DNA of 64,000 nucleotides from Amoebidium appalachense. Taxonomy: Eukaryota; Protista; Ichthyosporea. The stretch is taken from NCBI GenBank assembly GCA_963693365.1, contig CAVNZM010000004.1, forward strand, positions 4,082,047-4,146,046. Reading direction: 5' to 3'. Under the pieces are notes generated by a model. The model had not been told where the DNA came from, did not search any database, and saw nothing but the letters and a program-made list of their open reading frames with translations. The position numbers were made by a program, and so were the translations under genes. Positions 42,233-55,463 of the stretch are shown one piece after another. Each line of letters opens with the position of its first letter. The first letter of the stretch is position 1.

Positions 42233-44584
42233 GAGGAACGGGGGGAAGGGGGAGACGGAAGGGGGGGAAGTGGGTAGGGAGGGGCTGTGTATGCCTCTTG
42301 CTTAAACCAACCACCGCTTCTCCCATTTTAGCGTCGGGCCGCTGACCACCAATCTGACCACCCGAGAGCCACAGTTCTCAAATGTGTCTCAACAATCAAG
42401 AGACGCAATTAAATTGTGTCACAATGCCGATGTCGACATACGACAGAGCTAGCAATTTCAGCCCGGCGGCTACACGGCGTCACGGAATTGTGCACAGAAT
42501 GACGTCATCAATGTGGCTCGCAGCCCAGCGGCTAAAATGGGAGTAGCGGTGGTTGCTTTAACGTGGTGATTTCGTGTCTGTTGTGTGTGTGTGTGTGAGG
42601 GGGGGGGGAAGGGGGGGGGATGGAGGGGTGGAGGGAGGGTGAGGGGTAGGGGTGGGGGGAGGGGGGGGGGGGGGGGAGGGGGGGGGATGCAAGCTGGTTC
42701 CAAAAGATTCCGAAGAACAAACACATGGTACACAGACAAGGAAACAGAAGTGCAACATTAAAAGACCATAGACATGAAAACGAAAGGCACAAAAAGCACA
42801 GGATTGTCGTCATGCCGTAGTAATGAGAAGTGTCTCGTTGTAGGGCAGGGGTCATACTAAGAAGGGTAATCTACGGGAGATGAGCGCGGGGAGGGGGGGG
42901 GAGGGGGGGGGGGGGAGGGGGGGGGGGGGCTGGGGGGAGGAGGTAATAGAGGATGATTTTTTCTTTTGATTTCTTACCATATCGAAGGAAGAAAACGTCA
43001 AAGTTTCTCTTTCTATTTTTGAAGTTTCTTTCTTTCTTTTTTTTTTTTTTTGGAGGGGGAGGGGAGGGGGGGGAATGAGAGGGAAATTAAAAGAAACACA
43101 ATTAAATATAAAAGAACACACCTGATTGGCTGGGGACACACGCAGGCTGGTGCCGAGCACAATGCACAGGTCGCACTTTCCAGCCTCCTCAAATGCACGT
43201 GTCAGTGCCCCCTCAGGCAGACTCTCACCAAAATTCACAATCGAGTCCAGTAAAACCCCCCCGCAGGCCTCACATTTTCGACCGGTCACGTGGTCATACA
43301 CGTGGTGGGCCGTCCGGGTCTGGTAGTTGCGCAGGTACCTGCGGGATAGGGGGAAGCAGGGGGGGGGGGGGGGGGGGGGGGGCTGTCACTTAGATGTGCT
43401 TTTCTTCTGTGCCACACAATGTGTGTGTGGGGGCGGGGAGGGGTAGAGGTGGGGGGTTGGAGATGGCGGTGAGGTGTGTATGTGTGTTTGGGGGGGCTCG
43501 AATGAATGTGCTGAAATGAATGTGGCAACCCCCTTTTTCCGATCGAATCATTGAGAAGACAAGGCATGCGGGGAAAGGGGAGAGGGGGGGGGGGGGGGGG
43601 GTAATCTGAGACAAGTTGAGGTTGGGGGGAGGAAGGGGGGGAGGGGGAGGGGGGGGGGGTGCTGCCCGTAGTTATGGTGTCGGTGTTTTCACGCTCTATT
43701 ACGAAAATCTGTCCTGGTGAGGTGTGTGTATGTTTATGTATGCAGCGTGTCTTGTGGGTGCCCGTACCAGCGGTAATCTCTTGGGGGGGGGGGGGGGGGG
43801 GTGAGGAGGGAGGTGGGGGGAGGGGGGGGGCAGTTAGGTGGGGAGAGGAGAAGGCAAAGGGCCGAGAGAGAGGGGTGGGTGGGGGTGGTGGTTGCGGGAA
43901 GGGGGAAGGGGGGGTCTGGAATGGACATCAGCAGAACGTGGATGAGAGAGAGAAAGATGGGATAATTGAAGGTAAGAGCATGTGGGGTGCTGTAGGCTGA
44001 GAGACAAATAGAGAGCAGGGAGGGTGGATTGGACCGGTGGCGGGCGGGGGGGGGGGGGGGGGGGGGGAGAAGGGGAGAAGGGGGGGGGGGGGGAGGGAGG
44101 GCGGAGGGGGGGGAGATTGGAGGTGAGGGAGAGGGAACAGGGGATGTATGATTGGAAAGAAGTGTTTGATGAGGTATGGGAAACCGTAAGAAAACGTGTT
44201 CGCACATTGTGCATAGGGAGAAGACGATCAGACGGAGGGATATGAGGGTGGGGGGGGGGGGGTGAGGTGGATGGGGAGGGGTTTTGGGGAGGGGGTTGAG
44301 GGGGGGGAGGGGGGAGGGTGCGCGGGGGGGGGGGGGGGGGAGGGGGGGGGGGGGGTAAAGACTCACTCCTTTCCGCAGTCGCGGCATTTTTCGAGGTATG
44401 TGTTGCCGTGCAGCTCACTCAGTGATTGGCCAGAAATCAGGCCACTGCGCACGTGCAGACCGTCGACGTTTTGGCTGACCACGTGTGAGATGTGACCCTT
44501 CTCGTGGAGGATGACAAGGGCACGGTGGGCAAGCGTGGGCTGAGTGTGAGTGATGGTGGTGGTCTTGTACCTGTGTGTGTGTGT

Positions 44585-44620
<36 letters not shown>

Positions 44621-45081
44621 GGGGGAGGGGGGAGGGGGGGAGGGGGGGAGGGGGTAAGAGAGAGAGAGAGAGAGAGAGGGAGGGAGAGAGGGAGAGGGAG
44701 AGAGAGAGAGAGAGAGTGTGTGTGTGTGTCTGTGGTGCATGTGCACGAGCGCGCGTGTTCTTCTTTGATTTATTTGTGGTATGCTTGTGTGCTCTGGCTG
44801 TAGGTTGAAAGAAATCACAGCGGGTGTGAATTCTGGGGTTGGTGGGCAGGGAGGGGTGCGTACACGGGAGGGGGCGGAGGGGAAGGAAGGGGGATGGTCC
44901 CAGAAAGAAGGGGGGGATACGAGAGCTAGGGGAGGATGGGGGGGGGGGGGGGGGGGGGGACTAAGAAATTTGGGGGGATGGGGAGGGGGGGCGGGTTTGT
45001 GGTACAGGGAATGAAGTGCAAATCCCCCTCCCAACCTAGGAAAGGGTATGTGGGTGGTGCAGGTATCTCACTTGCAAGTTG

Positions 45082-45116
<35 letters not shown>

Positions 45117-45580
45117 TTGTACACGGCCCACACATACCGTCTATCACGTGCCTGTCCTGCTGCACGCAGCTCCCACACTCCCGGACCAGTGGGCAGTTTC
45201 GTGTCCATGCCGCTGCGAAAGTCGGGGATTCCCGCACCCGTGCTGATTCCCGCACCCGTGCACACAATCACGTGCTTACTCTCGCACACCCACGTGGCAA
45301 GCGTGTCGAGACCAGCGCTCAGTTTCTCCTCGCTGTCGAAATACTCCTTTTTGTCGTCATCGTCCGGAATGTTGTACTGTCCCTGCCTCCCGGGTTTTTG
45401 CTCGTGCGTGCCTGTGCCTGTGCCCTCCCCACGTGCACCCCCGGTGGAAACACGTGCGCTGATGGGGTTGCGTATCTCTCCCCTGCGTGCTGCATCGGTG
45501 AAAGTGGCGTGTGCGGGCGTGGTTGCAGAGGAGTGGGTGGCGCTGCTACCACCCTCGTTGTTGGACGGAGAGTGAGACAT
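41591..45580 (-). CDS. Class IV NAD+-dependent sirtuin (SIRT6/SIRT7-like)
   Basis: Exons (minus) 45580-45138, 44570-44367, 43338-43122, 41797-41591. Motifs [45 protein letters not shown], CxxC..CxxC zinc module, [31 protein letters not shown]. Confidence 0.93.
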
Positions 45581-47070
45581 TTTGTGCCGTGAAAGCTTTG
45601 CGGAATAGTGGTGTTCATGTGCACATGTCCCTCTTTGACCTGAAGGGGAATGGATGAGATAAGTAAATGCCAGTCATTTGGGCGAGCAAACGGGTTTTGT
45701 TCACTCAAACAATAATAACACTTCAAGGGCTATAGGAACACTCCCCCGTGTTCTAGCCTACCGTAGATCGGCTTGGTGACGGTGTGTTAGCTTAAGCGGC
45801 TGATTACATCGATTAGCACCCCAGCTAGGGTACAGGCGGATCTTGGTGGAAAACGGTAGTTCCTGTGAGGGATCCTTAAGGGGAGCCTCCGGGGGGGAAA
45901 ACAAGGCATCAAATTGTGACAAAAACAAGACAAAAAAAAACCCCGAAACAGAGTCTTTCTCCTTTTGAAGTTGGGATTCGCTTCAAGTTGTTCACTAGAC
46001 GAAGTATTTAGTACAATGTGTTCAACCCCTCTCACGCAGTAAACACAACACACGCAATATTTTAGTCTACGTTTTCCAGTTACATAAATTTTTGGTAGTT
46101 CAAGGGAGAGAGGAACCAAACTTCGAAAAAAAGGGCGGGAGCCTTGGGGGCAAGAGCTGGGCAAGAGCGGGTTCGAGGAAGGGAAGCAGGATGGGAGAGG
46201 GCGAGGGAAGGAGACATGAGGGGGAATTTAAAGGGGTGATAATAACATACAGGAAGGCCCCTATTATCTTCGTGTATTTATTTCGATATTGGGAAGAAAC
46301 ATACCTTCTTTGTTGCGCCGGAGAATATATGCAAATGTGAAAGCTTCGAGGGGGTAAGAAACCTCAAGTTGAGGGCCTTCGAACAGAGGCCACGGCGTCC
46401 GCTGGCGGCGAATTACGCGATAGTGAGCCACTGATAGAGCAAACCGAGCAAACAGGTACGTGATATACGAACCAAATTCGGTCATCTAAAAGTAAAAAGT
46501 TTAATGTTAGCGAATCACTCGTAAACAACAAAAAGATAAGTTGGCAACGAACCTATGACAGTTTTTTTCCCATGACCTTCTGGGGTTTACACACTTTATC
46601 CGACCTTTTTGGACCCGCCCAAACTTTCATTTCCCGCCTTTGCACACGTGCTTCGTGTCAGAAATTTCATGTTTTCTTCCCTTAAGAAGCACTGTACCGT
46701 GGATACTCTTAGCATTTGCATAGCTAAGTCTGAACCTGTAATCTGCTAAACGATGTAGGTCTTATATACATGTTTCAGTGTATATTCGAGAAACCAAGGC
46801 GAAGCGTGCAGTTGCAGTACACATGGACCTTCGCAGCTGAGGAATTAGTGCATGGTAACAAACGTTTAAAGTTTATAGTCTCGTTTCTTAAGAATGAACC
46901 GAATGAAGCAAAACTCAACTGTGACATCTCTCTTTGTTTTTCTCAGCTATCAGGCAAGACAGCCAGGCATAGGTAGTAAAGTAGCAGGCAACCTTTGTTT
47001 GTATTTTTTTTTTATTCCAACTCAGGCAACTTTGTAGGGTTCATGTCAGTCATCTAATCTAATTCAAACC

Positions 47071-48312
47071 ATGGGTGCACTGGCCGAGGCTTTCCAGAAG
47101 GGGCTAGCAGCCCAATGGGCGCTCTGTTTTTTTTGCTGCTGGTATCCGTGCACCTCATTTGAGAGCTTTGGTTCGTTCTGTGTCTTCATCTTCATGTTTT
47201 CCTGGGTATTTGAACATGCGCACGAAAACAAGCCCCACCCTGCAATAGACACGCTTTTCGTCGTGTTGGCCATCTTTTCCTGGGCTTCATTAAGTCCGGC
47301 AGCAAAGGGTTTTGGGGTTTCGGCTACCTTTCTTGCCCTTTGGGAGATCTTCTTGGGTGTGACAGGCTTTTCGTCCAACATTCCCATCGGCACATTTTCC
47401 TTGTTCTACGCTTCAAGCACCATATTTTACGATTATTCTTTCATCACCAACTACATAGGGATTGCTCTGGCGCTTTTGTTGCGTGTCTTTCCTTTTGAAG
47501 ACACCTGGGCTAAAGCCAGTAGGCCACACACAGCGAAAGAACACGGTCGGAACAGGACACAAGGGCCGACGCATGGCAACGTGGACTCCAAAACTGAAGC
47601 AAGCCGGATTCTTTCTGTTACGACACACTACGAGGTTCTGCAGGTAGATGCAAGTTTAAACGGAGAGGTTTTTCTGGATGCTGTTCGTGTTGCGTATAGA
47701 AGGAAGGCGCTTCTTGTTCATCCTGACAAGAATGGGAACGAGGAGCAGTTTCACAAGGCGTTCCAGCAACTGCAGGCTGCATACCAAACGCTATCAGACG
47801 AAGACGAACGGAAGAAATACGATTTCGAGATGAATGTACACGGAATCGATGAGTGCGTCGATCCAGCATCTGGAGTTACAAGTTTTGAAATGCCGGTCTC
47901 TTGCCATTATAATCCATACAGTGCTCATATGGTCAGAGTCATGAGACAGAAGAACAGGCGCAGCTGTAACAAATGTGCAGAGGGGCATGTGATCAATCCG
48001 GGCGAGCTGTTCATGGAAGAGACATACGAGTGGGCCCCGTTTATGGGTGTTGTTCCGTTCTTCAGCACCATACGAAGGGTGTATGTGTATTCGCCCGGTG
48101 GTGTGGTTGATATAACTTCGCAGGTCAACTGCTGTCAGACACGACTTCTTTCTTTCCTGAAACCAAACGAGTGCTCTGTACCTTGTGTGTTGGTGGAGCA
48201 CAATGAGGGTAGGCGTGGTAGGAACGAAAACAGGAACGAAAATAGGAGCGAAAAGCCCTGGAAAAAAGAACCGAAGAGGAAGGGGAATAACAAGAAGAAG
48301 GGCCGGAGGTAG
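47071..48312 (+). CDS. DNAJC14/Jiv-like J-domain protein (membrane N-terminus + J domain + Jiv90-like Zn domain), intronless
   Basis: 413-aa clean ORF. Hydrophobic N-terminus; J domain THYEVLQV..AYRRKALLVHPDK..AYQTLSDEDERKKYD; Jiv90-like CNKCAEGH..GELFMEE..GGVVDITSQVNCCQ; basic tail. Confidence 0.85.
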   Translation: MGALAEAFQKGLAAQWALCFFCCWYPCTSFESFGSFCVFIFMFSWVFEHAHENKPHPAIDTLFVVLAIFSWASLSPAAKGFGVSATFLALWEIFLGVTGFSSNIPIGTFSLFYASSTIFYDYSFITNYIGIALALLLRVFPFEDTWAKASRPHTAKEHGRNRTQGPTHGNVDSKTEASRILSVTTHYEVLQVDASLNGEVFLDAVRVAYRRKALLVHPDKNGNEEQFHKAFQQLQAAYQTLSDEDERKKYDFEMNVHGIDECVDPASGVTSFEMPVSCHYNPYSAHMVRVMRQKNRRSCNKCAEGHVINPGELFMEETYEWAPFMGVVPFFSTIRRVYVYSPGGVVDITSQVNCCQTRLLSFLKPNECSVPCVLVEHNEGRRGRNENRNENRSEKPWKKEPKRKGNNKKKGRR

Positions 48313-49031
48313 ACTCTGAGCTAGGCGTGACGGTTTGGGAATGTTTTGGTTGGTAGTTGGGTTAGGTTTCTTTTTTTTTATTAAAATTTTTGACAATGGA
48401 CACGTGTGTGTGTGTGTGAGGGCAACAATGTGTGCGCCAGGGGGGAGTGGGGGTGGGGGGGGGACGGGGGAGGGAGGGGGGGATATAGCAGTCGAGATAA
48501 CAGGGGTGTGTGGGAGCGACAGTGAAATGTGTATTGTCTAATCTTTAGCTAATAGCATTTGCATTTCATGATACCTTTCATAAAAGCTGTTATTAGTGTT
48601 GTTGTTGGGTCCCTTTCAATTGTATCTGATCTTGTGCACACACCTATGGTAGCAGCAAAGTTCTGTATGACCTTAGAAAAGATATCTTGATTGAATAGCA
48701 TTCCATTCCATGCAATTGTATACGCTGAATCGAGAGTCTGAAGCGCATAAGCTTGTTGAAGATAAAGCAATGTCTGCATGTATGAATTGTATTCACCGAT
48801 GCAACCGTTTTCGGTGATGGCCACAGTCAATCTCAGTATAACTGTGTGTTGCAACGTTGTTAACTGCCCCCCTCCCCCCCACTCGTTTCCCCCTTGGATT
48901 CCTTCGAGTTGAGGCAGAACCTTTCTTAATATATCATACATATATCCATCTGGACACGTAACTTTCTTAACCCTAAAGTTTTCTTTCCTACTGCTTTGTT
49001 GACGTGCTTACACTATATTAGCTACTGCCCC

Positions 49032-49062
<31 letters not shown>

Positions 49063-49593
49063 AAAAAAAAAAAAAAAACAAAAAACTGGGAGACACAGAT
49101 ACACACACTCAAGCGTGTGCGTACAGTGCACACACGCACGCACACATGCATTGTTTATTCCCTCGAGCACACACACACCGTGACGTACCACACAGACAGA
49201 CGCACACACACACACTCTAAACCATAGCCAAGAGAAAAACAAAAAAACAACTCGTGTGTGCATGTCACGCAGGTACGCACAGTCACACGCATCATGCACG
49301 TATGCACAAATGCGCACGCACTGCCAGGCACACATGTGTACACGCACGCACACCCGTGCGCTCTCGGGCACGCTCACAGACTATCGCAGGGTAATATACA
49401 AGGCCTTATACTACATGATGCTAATCTTTGTGGTGGCACATAACGGTGCGCGCGCACACACGTGGCGCTGCTGTGACACGTTCTGAATTCCTTTCTTTCC
49501 CTCTCTTAGTGATTCTCCTTATAATCCCCCCCCTCCCCCTCAGTACCCCCTCCCCCCCCCCCCCCCCCCCCGCCCTCCCTCTCGCTCTCTGTG

Positions 49594-49634
<41 letters not shown>

Positions 49635-50155
49635 GGCCCCGTAATCCGGCGCAGTGGCGCAAATCATCCATAAATCGAAACCCTGGTCAAATTTTAAACG
49701 AACGGGAAGAGGTGACTTAATCATTCTGACTGAATGGTGGTGGATGAGAGCAGAGGGGAGGAGAAGGGGGGGGGGAGGGGATCCGGTGGGGAGGGGGAGA
49801 AGGGGGGGGGGATGGGGGGGGGAGGGGGGAGGGGGTGCGCAGTGGCGCAGTACATGGCGGCTGGCAGGGAGCAGTCAGACTCCCCAGGGGGGGGGGGGGG
49901 GGGGGGGGGGGCACCACCCCACCACAGAGGTGCACGTGTGGGTCAACCCTCAGAGCTCCCCTCCACTGTGGCCCTGCGGTCCGCCTTGGGGGGGGGGGGG
50001 GGGGGGGGGGAGGTGGGGAGGGGGGGAAGAACCCACCACTCCCTCGTCGACAGGTGGGTACATCTTCCCCCCCCGGCCCCCCTCTCCCCCTCCCCAGGGG
50101 GAGGTGGGGAGGGGGGAAGAACCCGCCACTCCCTCGTCGACAGGTGGGTACATCT

Positions 50156-50205
<50 letters not shown>

Positions 50206-51111
50206 TTCCCCCCCCACCCCGGGCCCCCAGGGGAGAGAGGAGGGACCACACAGGCCGGGACCTCCATATTTCTATTGCCCACCCGGGCCGGATGTCAAAG
50301 TTAAAAACCCCAGTTTGAAACAGATTCGACGTGTTTCATCAAGCAAACCAATGATTTCCGAAACACTGAAACGATCCCCAGTCCTTCCCCCCCCCCCACC
50401 CTTCCCCCCTCCCCCAACCCCCCTCCGAGCGAGACCTCCCCCATGCCCTCCTTTGAGAAAAATTTCCTTGCGACAATAACCCGAGGCCCGAAGTTGGCCA
50501 ACACCTTGAAACCGTAGATCTCTGTATCAGTTGACCCTCCCTGTGCCTAACCTTCGCTGAGTGGACAAATTAAATCCTCGTGTACTAAATAAGCCTATTT
50601 AGCCTATTTGACTGCCCTACGTATACAGAACGAACGGAACGACTCCCTTACCTTATGTATTCATTGAACCTTGCAACCGTGACTGAGGCTTCAAGACTTG
50701 TGCGGCGTATGTAGTGCTTGAAGCTTCTGCTGTAATTTCAATGATCCTTTGAAATTCCGTAACTTAGTTGTCACGGCATCATGAATAATGATCCAAAACT
50801 TAAAATAGTACAGGGGTCATTCAAGATTAAGATAATATAGTATAAGACAAACAGTAGTAAACCTTTTGGAAAGAGTTAAGATTTTATGGGTTACCGAGCC
50901 TTGAAATAAGATAACGGGGGGAGGAGTTGGGGGGGGGGGGGGGGGGGGGGGGGGGACTGCGGGGAGAAGGGAGGGGGGGGGGGGGGGGGGGCAGGTAGGG
51001 AGGCACAAACTTCCTAATTCAAGTATTGTATTCAGTGACCTGTGTGTGTGCATATCAGTATGCACATGCGAACTTTGCATACATTTGCCACAGGTTCTGT
51101 TGGTGTGTGGC

Positions 51112-51147
<36 letters not shown>

Positions 51148-51288
51148 CAGTGTGTGTGTGTGTGTGTGTGCGTGTGTGTGTGTGTGCGCGCGCATGTGCG
51201 CAGTGTGTGTGTGACTGGTGTGTGTGTTTGTTTCAAATTGTTTCAAAGTGTTTGTTTGTTTGCGTGTGTGTGTGTGTGCGTGTGGTCA

Positions 51289-51333
<45 letters not shown>

Positions 51334-51508
51334 CGTGGGCGCGCGTGCGCGCGGTGTGTGAGTGTGCGTGACTGCTGCGTGTGTTTGTTTCGAATTGTTT
51401 TGTTTGTTTGTTTGTTTGTTTGTACAGTGTGCATGAATGCTGTGTGTGCTTGTTTCCGTGGTTTGTTTGTTTGTTTGTTTGAAGTGGTTGTGTTCATATT
51501 GAACGTAT

Positions 51509-51586
<78 letters not shown>

Positions 51587-51841
51587 CGTGCGCGCGTGTG
51601 TGTGAGTGTGAATGTGTTTCAAGGTGTGTCTGTGTAAATGTGTGGATTCTGTGGACACTGTGTGGCACGGTGTGTGGTTGTTTGTGTGCATGTGTGCGTG
51701 GCGCGTGCACTACAAAATCAAATCGCACACCATGATGATCCCCCAACTTGCGGTCATCAATCAAGATGGTTTTCAAAGCCCCGGGATAAACAAAACAACG
51801 ACTTTAAACGGAAAAATATATCAGTACTGGGATTTTTTGAA

Positions 51842-51878
<37 letters not shown>

Positions 51879-52040
51879 AAAAAAAAAATACAAGCAACAC
51901 TTTGTGTGCAATATTTGGCGCACGTTTTCGAAACGGCATGCATGCACAATGCCATCATCCGGTTAGGTGGCCACGCTATGGCCAGCGTACAAAGCAACAC
52001 CGTTGTCTTGCTGTGCAATGCTAATGCAATGCCCCCCCCT

Positions 52041-52079
<39 letters not shown>

Positions 52080-52549
52080 TTCCCCCCCCCCCCCCCCCCC
52101 CACCACCACCACCACCACCACCACCGTCCCCCTGTTGGAAGTAGAGTCCGCTGTGACTAGGGTCGCCGTGGCGCGCTTGGGCGCTGACCCGTTTTTTACT
52201 GCTTTCAGTGTGTTAACTCCATGGCTGCACTCCATGACTGAACTCCATGTCTGCACCTGGCAGAGACGTGGGTTATATACCCGTGGGGCAGCAGTCTGGA
52301 ATGTAATCCGGATGCCAGGCGCTAATCGGATTGGTTACTTTCATTTAGAGATCTCTGGGACCAGTGAACCAATCGTTTGCAGTCAAAACACAGTTGGCAA
52401 CATTCCTCAACTATGCAGATGTGCATGTGGTGATCGAGTGTCAGCGTGTGTCTGTGTACACGGAACCAATTGTAAAGCTAACATACACATATTGTGGAGT
52501 GAGCGTAAGTCTGCACTCCAACACCCCCCTCCCCTTTCTCATCCACCCC

Positions 52550-52580
<31 letters not shown>

Positions 52581-52676
52581 AAAAAAAAAAAAAAAAACCT
52601 CCACCTGGTCCACTACCTCCACCCGCCCCACCGTCAGGCGCCGGCATACCATGGGCGTGGCCAGGGGCCAGGGGAG

Positions 52677-52733
<57 letters not shown>

Positions 52734-53170
52734 CATGATTATGAACCCTACGGCCGAGAAACAATGATTTGAGCTAAACCCTACCCTCGCGATTACCTGT
52801 CGCGGAGTGACCCCAGTAAATCGATAATGAGTATGTCTCAGATGATCGATCAGCCCGGGCCTTCCGTTGTCCGTGACTCCGACTGTACATGTGCCCGAGT
52901 CAGTCCAGCAAGGGATGATCATGAGTCCCGGCGGCTGCCGTAGGTTAGATTGATGTGCGTGTACGTGCCGTGACACGTGTGTGTGCCAGCAGTAGTCACT
53001 GTTAGTCACTGTACGTATACCGTACGTACGTGCACTCTCCCCCCCCCTCCCACCCCCCATCCACCACCCACCGTCCAAATGAGCCCCTGAGGCTCAAGCT
53101 CCCTCCCTCCCTCCCCTGCCACCCTCCCCCTCAGCCCCCCCCCGGCCCCCGCCCCGGCCCCCGCCCCCCC

Positions 53171-53201
<31 letters not shown>

Positions 53202-53207
53202 ACGACA

Positions 53208-53238
<31 letters not shown>

Positions 53239-53326
53239 TGACACGCACACACATGGTGTACACACACATGACACACACTGTCACACACGCACACAAGCAC
53301 ACAAATTGAAACACACACACACACGT

Positions 53327-53429
<103 letters not shown>

Positions 53430-54792
53430 GGCCGGTTCGCTATGATGGCCCGCCCGGCCGGGCCGGCAAATCGGGCCAAAAGTCCCCGACCCGAACATTT
53501 TGCATATAATTTGAGAAATTGTGGAGAGAGAAGTCTCTTACAGTTTTCCACCAAAATTTGCTACGTACTAAATATATATGTAAACTCTTATTCTGTAAAT
53601 TTTCAATCAATTCTGACATTGGGTTTTTTGGCAAAATTCACAAAAGCGATGGTACCTTTTCTTGGTTTGAGGTGCGACCTGAAAATTGGTGACACTGTAG
53701 CGTGACAACCCAATGTCAGATCGAGTTGAAACTTGGTAAACCCCAAGGTCATTGGCTTATAAGCTTATGTGCAAAATTTGACCTATGGTTGTTTGTCTTT
53801 ATGCGACACAGGAAGGACGCGCTTTTGCCGGTTTTCAGCCGTAAAAAAGTGAAAAACGGCAACAAACTGCGTTGGCCGCTGTACTGCACAGCGTGTGAGC
53901 CACTCGTCATCTGAAACTGATCAGTGCGGCGGGTGGCAAGATGGTGACAATGCGATAAGAAATTGTTTACGTGAACCAATCATAGACGAGAACTAAGAAA
54001 TATGCGGGTAAATGGGAATTTTTGGCTCACATATTGGTGACAAAGCAAAGGACGCTAAGAAGCATGTAATTACGGTCAACATTGTACATATAATCTACAA
54101 ATAATAAATATAATGTATAAATAAATGATAGAAATTATTATATTATTATTTAATACAGCTTAAATACTGAATAGGAATGGGCAGGTAGGAGTGGCACCGC
54201 GATCATGAAAAAGGAATTTTGCAACGCTCAAGCGTGGTTTGATTGGTCGGCATGCGTTCTATATAACAAGCAAGGACCTAGACTCACACGTGCGGCGACA
54301 TTGTCCTTGTTCGCGTGCATGTGCATACCTGTACGTACGGTGTTTTAATAAATATTAAAGCCTTTTATATACTTCAAATCTATGTGTTATCGTTTATTGC
54401 TATATCCTGTTTCATTGCTTCATTCTGATTGGTTGTCACACCGCGGGATTTCCCGATTGTTCTTCCAATGACATTTTCTATCACTATCGACAGTTCTCCA
54501 ATATTAGAACAGAAAACGGTTTATACCCAGATGGCCAGATGGCCAGATCAAATTCAGTCTGTGAGCAGGGGGGGGGGATCCACCTGAAGTCAAAACAATC
54601 TGGCCATCTGGCCATGTGGCCATAGAATAGATTAGCATGTAAGGCACTGGCTGCCACCACTGGGGGCCGTGGTTCCGGCAGGAGGGGGGGCACACGTGCA
54701 GGGGAGGCAGGGGGTCGGGGGAGGCACACGTGCACAGGAGGCTGGGGAGAGTGGGGGAACCATGGTTGTGTGATACTATCTATCCCCCATGT

Positions 54793-55221
54793 ATGGCTGA
54801 GTTAAGACCATTTGTTCATGTAGCACGGCGCAATGGAAGTGTAGAGAAAGTGGTGCGTGACATGCTTGCTGATAAGCTTGATGGTACTGTTGAAGTTAAT
54901 ACAATACACGGGCGAATTGATATACTTACAGCTACCGAGCTGATTGAAGTTAAGTCATGGAACCTATACAAGACAGCAATGGGCCAGATAGTGTTCTACC
55001 GTCTGAGCTATCCCATGCACCAGACACGTGTGCACTTTTATGGTAACGAGTTTCCAAAAGCAGCAAAGATTAAGAGCATTGTGGATGGCTTCATTCTGCA
55101 TGGCATCCACGTGAGTGCCCAGTGTGGGATGGAAGTCATCTGGCTCACACAGATCAACAGCGACGGCCAATTGGAACTCAACAGAGAAGGCTTCACGGCA
55201 CTGGTCATGCCTAGGTTCTAA
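54793..55221 (+). CDS. Small intronless PD-(D/E)XK endonuclease-like protein (142 aa)
   Basis: EKVVRDMLA..EVNTIHGRIDILTATELIEVKSW..YKTAMGQIVFY..RVHFY gives E...D...EVK and GQ motifs. AATAAA lies 4 nt after the stop. Confidence 0.8.
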   Translation: MAELRPFVHVARRNGSVEKVVRDMLADKLDGTVEVNTIHGRIDILTATELIEVKSWNLYKTAMGQIVFYRLSYPMHQTRVHFYGNEFPKAAKIKSIVDGFILHGIHVSAQCGMEVIWLTQINSDGQLELNREGFTALVMPRF

Positions 55222-55463
55222 TGCCAATAAAACCATCTTCTAGCATGCACGTGTTGGAATGCCACCACTGGGGGGCCTGGTTCCGGGAGGCAGGGGGGCT
55301 GGGGGGGGCACCCAGTGTGTGGGTGTGCATATGGGCAGGGGAGCAGGGGGGCAGGGGGGCGGGGGGGCAGGGGAGCAGGGGGGCAGGGGGGCAGGGGAGA
55401 CTGGCATGCCACTCACGGGGAGGATAGTGTATGTTGGCACGTGTGGGTGTGTGGGTGGTTTTT

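Noticed and set aside
43984-43997. gggtgctgtaggc resembling the 5S rRNA 3' end
   Set aside because: Only ~13 nt match, and the rest of 5S is absent.
48549-48941. 130-aa minus-strand ORF
   Set aside because: No recognisable motif or splice context; it cannot be supported as a gene.
51967-52767. 266-aa ORF with a unique central segment
   Set aside because: Both ends are homopolymers and the central part has no recognisable domain.
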